IMG/VR virus record: IMGVR_UViG_3300010885_076238
Location: 124,001-188,000 of that record
Reading direction: 5' to 3' (one strand)
Length of the DNA stretch: 64,000 bases
Position 1 is the first letter of the stretch, and each line of letters starts with the position of its first letter. Under the pieces are notes generated by a model that was given only the letters and a program-made list of their open reading frames with translations, made no database searches and was not told the DNA's origin. Below, in pieces: positions 60,220 to 64,000 of this stretch. A program made the translations under genes and the position numbers.

Positions 60220-60355
60220 CTGGCGAAACAGGATTCGAACCTGTAACCTAGCGGTTAATCCACTGCTGGGGTTTGAACCCAGTAATCTCCAGCCTTTTGG
60301 GCTTTAATTCAGTGGCTTTATACAGCCGCTCGCTCTACCGTTGAGCTATTCGCCA
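60220..60355 (-). tRNA. trnN: tRNA-Asn(GUU) interrupted by a 64-nt insert (60259-60322)
   Basis: Removing the insert restores AGCGG-CTGTTAA-CCGCT and a canonical cloverleaf. Confidence 0.85.
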
Positions 60356-60370
60356 ATAAATCTAATTATA

Positions 60371-60777
60371 TTATAGAGAACATTTTTTTTCAATAGCAGT
60401 TTCAGATATAGCAACTGTATTCAATACTTTATCATATCCACAAATTTCCCAATCTACTTTATAAAATAGTTTATCTTCTATTTTTTCTAATATTTTTGTT
60501 TCAACGGTTCTTTGTCCTATTTTAAGAATAACCAATTCATTAACGGAAAATTTATGATTCATTTGTTTGCCTCAAGTACAAAATAATCAGGCTTTGAAGC
60601 AAAAACTCTACCAAATAAAGTTAGCTTTTCTGCTCGATCAAACGCTTCATTTTTGTCATTTGTTTCATATACTATTTGTGAAAAACTATCAACCACTACA
60701 TATTTTTTTTCAGATTTAGGCGTAGAGCAAGAGCAAAAATTTATAATTAATAGAGAAATAATTAAGCGAGAAAGCAT
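60371..60777 (-). other. two small CDS (60371-60562; 60559-60777 lipoprotein-like)
   Basis: ORF track; hydrophobic N-terminus plus Cys. Confidence 0.55.
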
Positions 60778-60830
60778 TTGTTTTCATCCTTGATGGGTTA
60801 ATGTGAGTATACCAGAATAACAATTAAATA

Positions 60831-60862
60831 AAAAGGGAGGATTGTTTTCACAATCCTCCCTT
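60831..60862 (-). terminator. terminator after tmRNA
   Basis: AAGGGAGGATTG/CAATCCTCCCTT stem plus T-run on minus strand. Confidence 0.8.
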
Positions 60863-60864
60863 AG

Positions 60865-61213
60865 TGGAGTCGAGGGGAGTCGAACCCCTGTCCGTAAGCG
60901 TACTCAATACGGCCTCTACACGTTTGTTTCATTGTTCATAAGACTTCATTAACCACAATGAACAAAGGTCTTTGAGTCTTTCAACCTATTTTCTCATATT
61001 GGGCTAAGTTGACCAGTCCAATACCAGCAGGATTTTACATCAAACTTTTGGACGCTTCCCGCGTGGCTTCCTAAGTTCGTGGTTGCCTTCTCAGGCAGCC
61101 ATTGCGTAACTATTTGTGCCGGTTAAGGCTTTAGTCGATTTTTACGAGGCCATCGACCAACCTCGACGTGCCACCAATATCTCCTATCACTACGTCGATA
61201 CCATTACGACCCC
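60865..61213 (-). ncRNA. ssrA: tmRNA, tag (A)GTNSYAMAA at 61120-61091
   Basis: GGGGTCG/CGACTCC with G3-U70, T arm, PK1, tag ending AA-stop. Confidence 0.95.
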
Positions 61214-61224
61214 TTCACGGAATA

Positions 61225-61467
61225 TTATAGTTCATTATCGGCAAAAGTAAACTCTTCTTCTTTAATTAATCCTCTTGAAATTAAATATTCAAAAGTATCA
61301 AATAATTTTTTACATTTTAGTTCATGCAATTGAGCTATTCCTATAAGAGCGTTTGAAATTTCATCTGCTTCTAGATTGTAATCCAAAATAGATTCGGCCA
61401 AAAGACTAACGTCGTCTTTTGTGTTCCAACACTTCATTATTTGCTCTTCTAAATCAAAACGATTCAT
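61225..61467 (-). CDS. conserved phage protein
   Basis: RFDLEEQIMKCW...NALIGI...LFDTFE. Confidence 0.7.
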   Translation of the reverse strand: MNRFDLEEQIMKCWNTKDDVSLLAESILDYNLEADEISNALIGIAQLHELKCKKLFDTFEYLISRGLIKEEEFTFADNEL

Positions 61468-61489
61468 GATTATTCCTTTTTAAAGTTAC

Positions 61490-62653
61490 TCAACAAAATC
61501 TTTGATCAAAATTGCCAAATAGAAAATCTTGACGCAAAGAAATCATATCCATAATATGAAATTTAGACAATATCAAATTATCATAGAAATATAGATTTTC
61601 TTGTTTCTTGCTAAATTTTATCTTTTGATCATTAGAATCCTCAAAAGCAATTCCATTTTCAAAAATCCATTTCTTGTCATTGAAGTTATAGTTTTCAAAA
61701 TTAAAATTTATATTAGAAACTATAGTATCAACCACTTCAACAAAACCGTTTTTATTTAATTTAAGAATGCATCTAGAATTTATTTTAGATGCATCTTTTG
61801 CATAAAAAACCCATAAACTATCTTCGAACTTTTGTTCAAATATTTCTATTATTTCTTTAGGATCCTCAAATTCTTTAGATTCTATGAGAAGCTCTTCTAA
61901 TTGATCGCAATTAGCAATATTGCCTATATGTGTGAATCTTGCATTTTCAATTAATCCTGTGTAGCTTTCAAAATTAGGATTAGGAGATAAAAAATAACAT
62001 TCAGTCACAGGAACTTTAGCTATTCTAGCTAATAAATATATAACTTCGTCATCAACAATAGAAGATTCTTCGGAACAATTGTTCAAATAATCATTTGCTC
62101 TTTCATAATTTCTAATTTTATCCAAAGCAAATTTCGATAAAACAACATGCTCGCAGCCAGATGCAAAATATGGAATTGTCTTAAATTTATTTAAATCATT
62201 TGTTCCAACAAATAAATCCATTTTCTTAATTACATTTTGAAGACCTTCGCTGATTTCATTTTTACTTAATAAAATTCTTAGAGAAGTCCTGTCGATATAT
62301 CTTGGCAAATTATAAAAAAAAGATGAAGAACCGGTGATTACAATAGGATCTTCATAATTATAAAAATAATCTAATCGTTTTATTGTTGAATCAATATCGG
62401 TGCAAGAATCATCGCCAACTTGAAAAGCCCATCTAGATTCAATTTCATTTTTTAAAATATATTCAATAAATCTTGTTGAAGAGCTTCCAGAAAAAATAAC
62501 CCAATCAAATGCTTCTGGCAAAAAGGAAGGTCTTGGCTCATTAGATAAAAATGCAACCTTAAATTTAAATTTATTAGATTTAAATCCTATTTTTAAAAAA
62601 TTAAAAATTTTATTTATATCAGAAACAAGAACAAAAAGAGTTAGATCTAACAT
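61490..62653 (-). CDS. possible glycosyltransferase-like protein
   Basis: WAFQVGDD motif; weak. Confidence 0.5.
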   Translation of the reverse strand: MLDLTLFVLVSDINKIFNFLKIGFKSNKFKFKVAFLSNEPRPSFLPEAFDWVIFSGSSSTRFIEYILKNEIESRWAFQVGDDSCTDIDSTIKRLDYFYNYEDPIVITGSSSFFYNLPRYIDRTSLRILLSKNEISEGLQNVIKKMDLFVGTNDLNKFKTIPYFASGCEHVVLSKFALDKIRNYERANDYLNNCSEESSIVDDEVIYLLARIAKVPVTECYFLSPNPNFESYTGLIENARFTHIGNIANCDQLEELLIESKEFEDPKEIIEIFEQKFEDSLWVFYAKDASKINSRCILKLNKNGFVEVVDTIVSNINFNFENYNFNDKKWIFENGIAFEDSNDQKIKFSKKQENLYFYDNLILSKFHIMDMISLRQDFLFGNFDQRFC

Positions 62654-62671
62654 TGTGATAAGAATCCTAAA

Positions 62672-62745
62672 TCTAGGTGGAGGGAATTGAACTCTCGACC
62701 TCTTGCTCCCAAAGCAAGCGTTCTGCCAGACTGAACTACACCTAG
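62672..62745 (-). tRNA. trnP: tRNA-Pro(UGG)
   Basis: CTTGC-TTTGGGA-GCAAG. Confidence 0.95.
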
Positions 62746-62749
62746 TAAG

Positions 62750-62822
62750 TGGAGAAGATGGGACTCAAACCCACAACCTCCGCGTTGCAAACGCGATGCT
62801 CTATCAATTGAGCTACTTCCCC
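62750..62822 (-). tRNA. trnA: tRNA-Ala(UGC)
   Basis: CGCG-TTTGCAA-CGCG; G3-U70. Confidence 0.93.
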
Positions 62823-62826
62823 TTAG

Positions 62827-62897
62827 TTCCGGGACTACGATTCGAACGTAGAAAAAAAGAACCAAAATCTTTTGTGATACCGTTTCACCATCCCGGA
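62827..62897 (-). tRNA. trnQ: tRNA-Gln(UUG)
   Basis: AAAGA-TTTTGGT-TCTTT. Confidence 0.9.
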
Positions 62898-62914
62898 GAA
62901 TTACATGAATCGAG

Positions 62915-62987
62915 AGCGGGTGATCGGGTTCGAACCGACGACAGTTTGATTGGAAATCAAAAACTCTACCAACTGAGTTACACCCGC
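62915..62987 (-). tRNA. trnG: tRNA-Gly(UCC)
   Basis: TTTGA-TTTCCAA-TCAAA; U73. Confidence 0.95.
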
Positions 62988-62990
62988 AAA

Positions 62991-63063
62991 AGCTAGCGGT
63001 CGGAATTGAACCGACGACAGGCAGTTTACAAAACTGCTACTCTACCAACTGAGTTACGCTAGC
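62991..63063 (-). tRNA. trnT: tRNA-Thr(UGU)
   Basis: GCAGT-TTTGTAA-ACTGC. Confidence 0.95.
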
Positions 63064-63085
63064 GTCAAATTATATTAGTATGTCA

Positions 63086-64000
63086 TCAACATTCTTTTCT
63101 TAAATTTGCAGCATAAAAATCGAATCTTTCATGTTCTGTTGGGGTTGCTAATAAAACTGCTGCTCTAATATTTTCTTTTAGTAGTTCTTGATAGCAGTGG
63201 CTCATTATTGTTTGTTCAAAAGGATGGGCATATTTTGTTTTCAGATAGCAATTATAATTTCCTTCTTTGGATAATACAATAGGCCAATTACAAATATAAA
63301 TTTCTCCGGTTGCATAAGGAACTCCGTCATGAGATTTTATATTTTCAAATTTAAGGCAAGGAGAATTTGGGTCAAATCCGTGTTCGGGAAGCTTGCAATA
63401 ATTTGGCCATCTTTCTTGTCTGACTGATTGGGGCACGTTGTACCAAGCCCATTGTTTTTCATTTGTTCCATAGAACTCAGAAAAATTTAGCTTTAAGAAA
63501 TCAAATTTTTCTTTTTTAATTATTTCTAAACACTTATTGAATAGATCATCTATGTATCTATTGAATCCTGTTTTGCAGACGTAGTCCTGTGTGTCAACAA
63601 AAAACATATCGTCTTCAAAAAAGAAATAGTGACTTAGGTCTTTTTGTTCATTGAAATGCTCAGCGACCCATTGTCTTCCACCTGTGATGCCTATATTATC
63701 TTTCTTGATATGTTCGAATCCATATTCTTCACATAACTCTAAATATCTTGGTGTTGTTGACAAGTCTGTTGAATTATCTAATAAAAATTTCTTGGTTTTC
63801 TTTAGAAAATTTTCATCATAACTTACCATTGATTTCAATAGAGTTTCAAATTGTTTTGGAGAATTAAATGTTATAACATATAGTCCTACGCCGTTAGTTT
63901 TAGGCTTAGGGACTACTTGCGTATACTTTTTGAGTTCTTCAAAAAAGGGCCAAACCAAACCGTTTCCTTCTACCTCGAATCTGTGAATGGTCTCAGGATT
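63086..64000 (-). CDS. 5'-truncated glycosyltransferase (GT-A fold)
   Basis: Frame open to the window edge; LYVITFN, LLDNS, FFFEDD. Confidence 0.8.
   Translation of the reverse strand, partial: NPETIHRFEVEGNGLVWPFFEELKKYTQVVPKPKTNGVGLYVITFNSPKQFETLLKSMVSYDENFLKKTKKFLLDNSTDLSTTPRYLELCEEYGFEHIKKDNIGITGGRQWVAEHFNEQKDLSHYFFFEDDMFFVDTQDYVCKTGFNRYIDDLFNKCLEIIKKEKFDFLKLNFSEFYGTNEKQWAWYNVPQSVRQERWPNYCKLPEHGFDPNSPCLKFENIKSHDGVPYATGEIYICNWPIVLSKEGNYNCYLKTKYAHPFEQTIMSHCYQELLKENIRAAVLLATPTEHERFDFYAANLRKEC

Noticed and set aside
59421-63063. ORFs over tRNA genes (59421..59633, 62647..62865, 62703..62996; also 20360..20554 and 29719..29964)
   Set aside because: They overlap well-formed tRNAs and have no coding signals.
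6983-63063. HDV-like (theta) ribozymes at tRNA 3' ends
   Set aside because: I could not fit the nested double-pseudoknot to any tRNA trailer by eye; a descriptor search would be needed to exclude it fully.
1-64000. Alternative genetic code (stop reassignment)
   Set aside because: Conserved genes are full length in code 11, all three stops end genes, and no suppressor tRNA was seen.

Overview
A 64-kb piece of a large (jumbo/huge-type) phage genome; a Planctomycete host is suggested by protein families (inference). The window has two sharply separated halves. Bases 1-42.6 kb are an all-plus-strand early or host-takeover region of mostly small genes. They are built as modules from three recurrent non-coding parts: a phage-specific promoter (AAAATAA-N~13-CGTTAT, about 60 copies by eye, often leaderless), a covarying 5'-terminal RNA hairpin (13 copies), and a strictly oriented 16-bp element AACACCTRATGTTTAT (about 27 copies). 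In 17 cases that element has a GCACA box 78-93 bp upstream, and its density rises toward an abrupt compositional boundary at 42.6 kb. This half also holds two MoxR-AAA/vWA pairs, a SNF2 helicase, RNA-repair-type domains, tRNAs (one with a group I intron abutting a free-standing HNH gene) and many unexplained structured RNAs. Bases 42.9-64 kb are AT-rich and mixed-strand: glycosyl-, sulfo- and methyltransferases, proteins with T4-like capsid-targeting N-termini, a tmRNA and tRNA clusters, including a tRNA-Asn whose anticodon is split by a 64-nt tRNA-like insert. The best candidates for new biology are the bipartite polar element with its gene-cassette architecture, the nested tRNA-like insert, and the pseudoknotted small RNAs. 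All counts are manual and family names are from motif recognition, not database searches.
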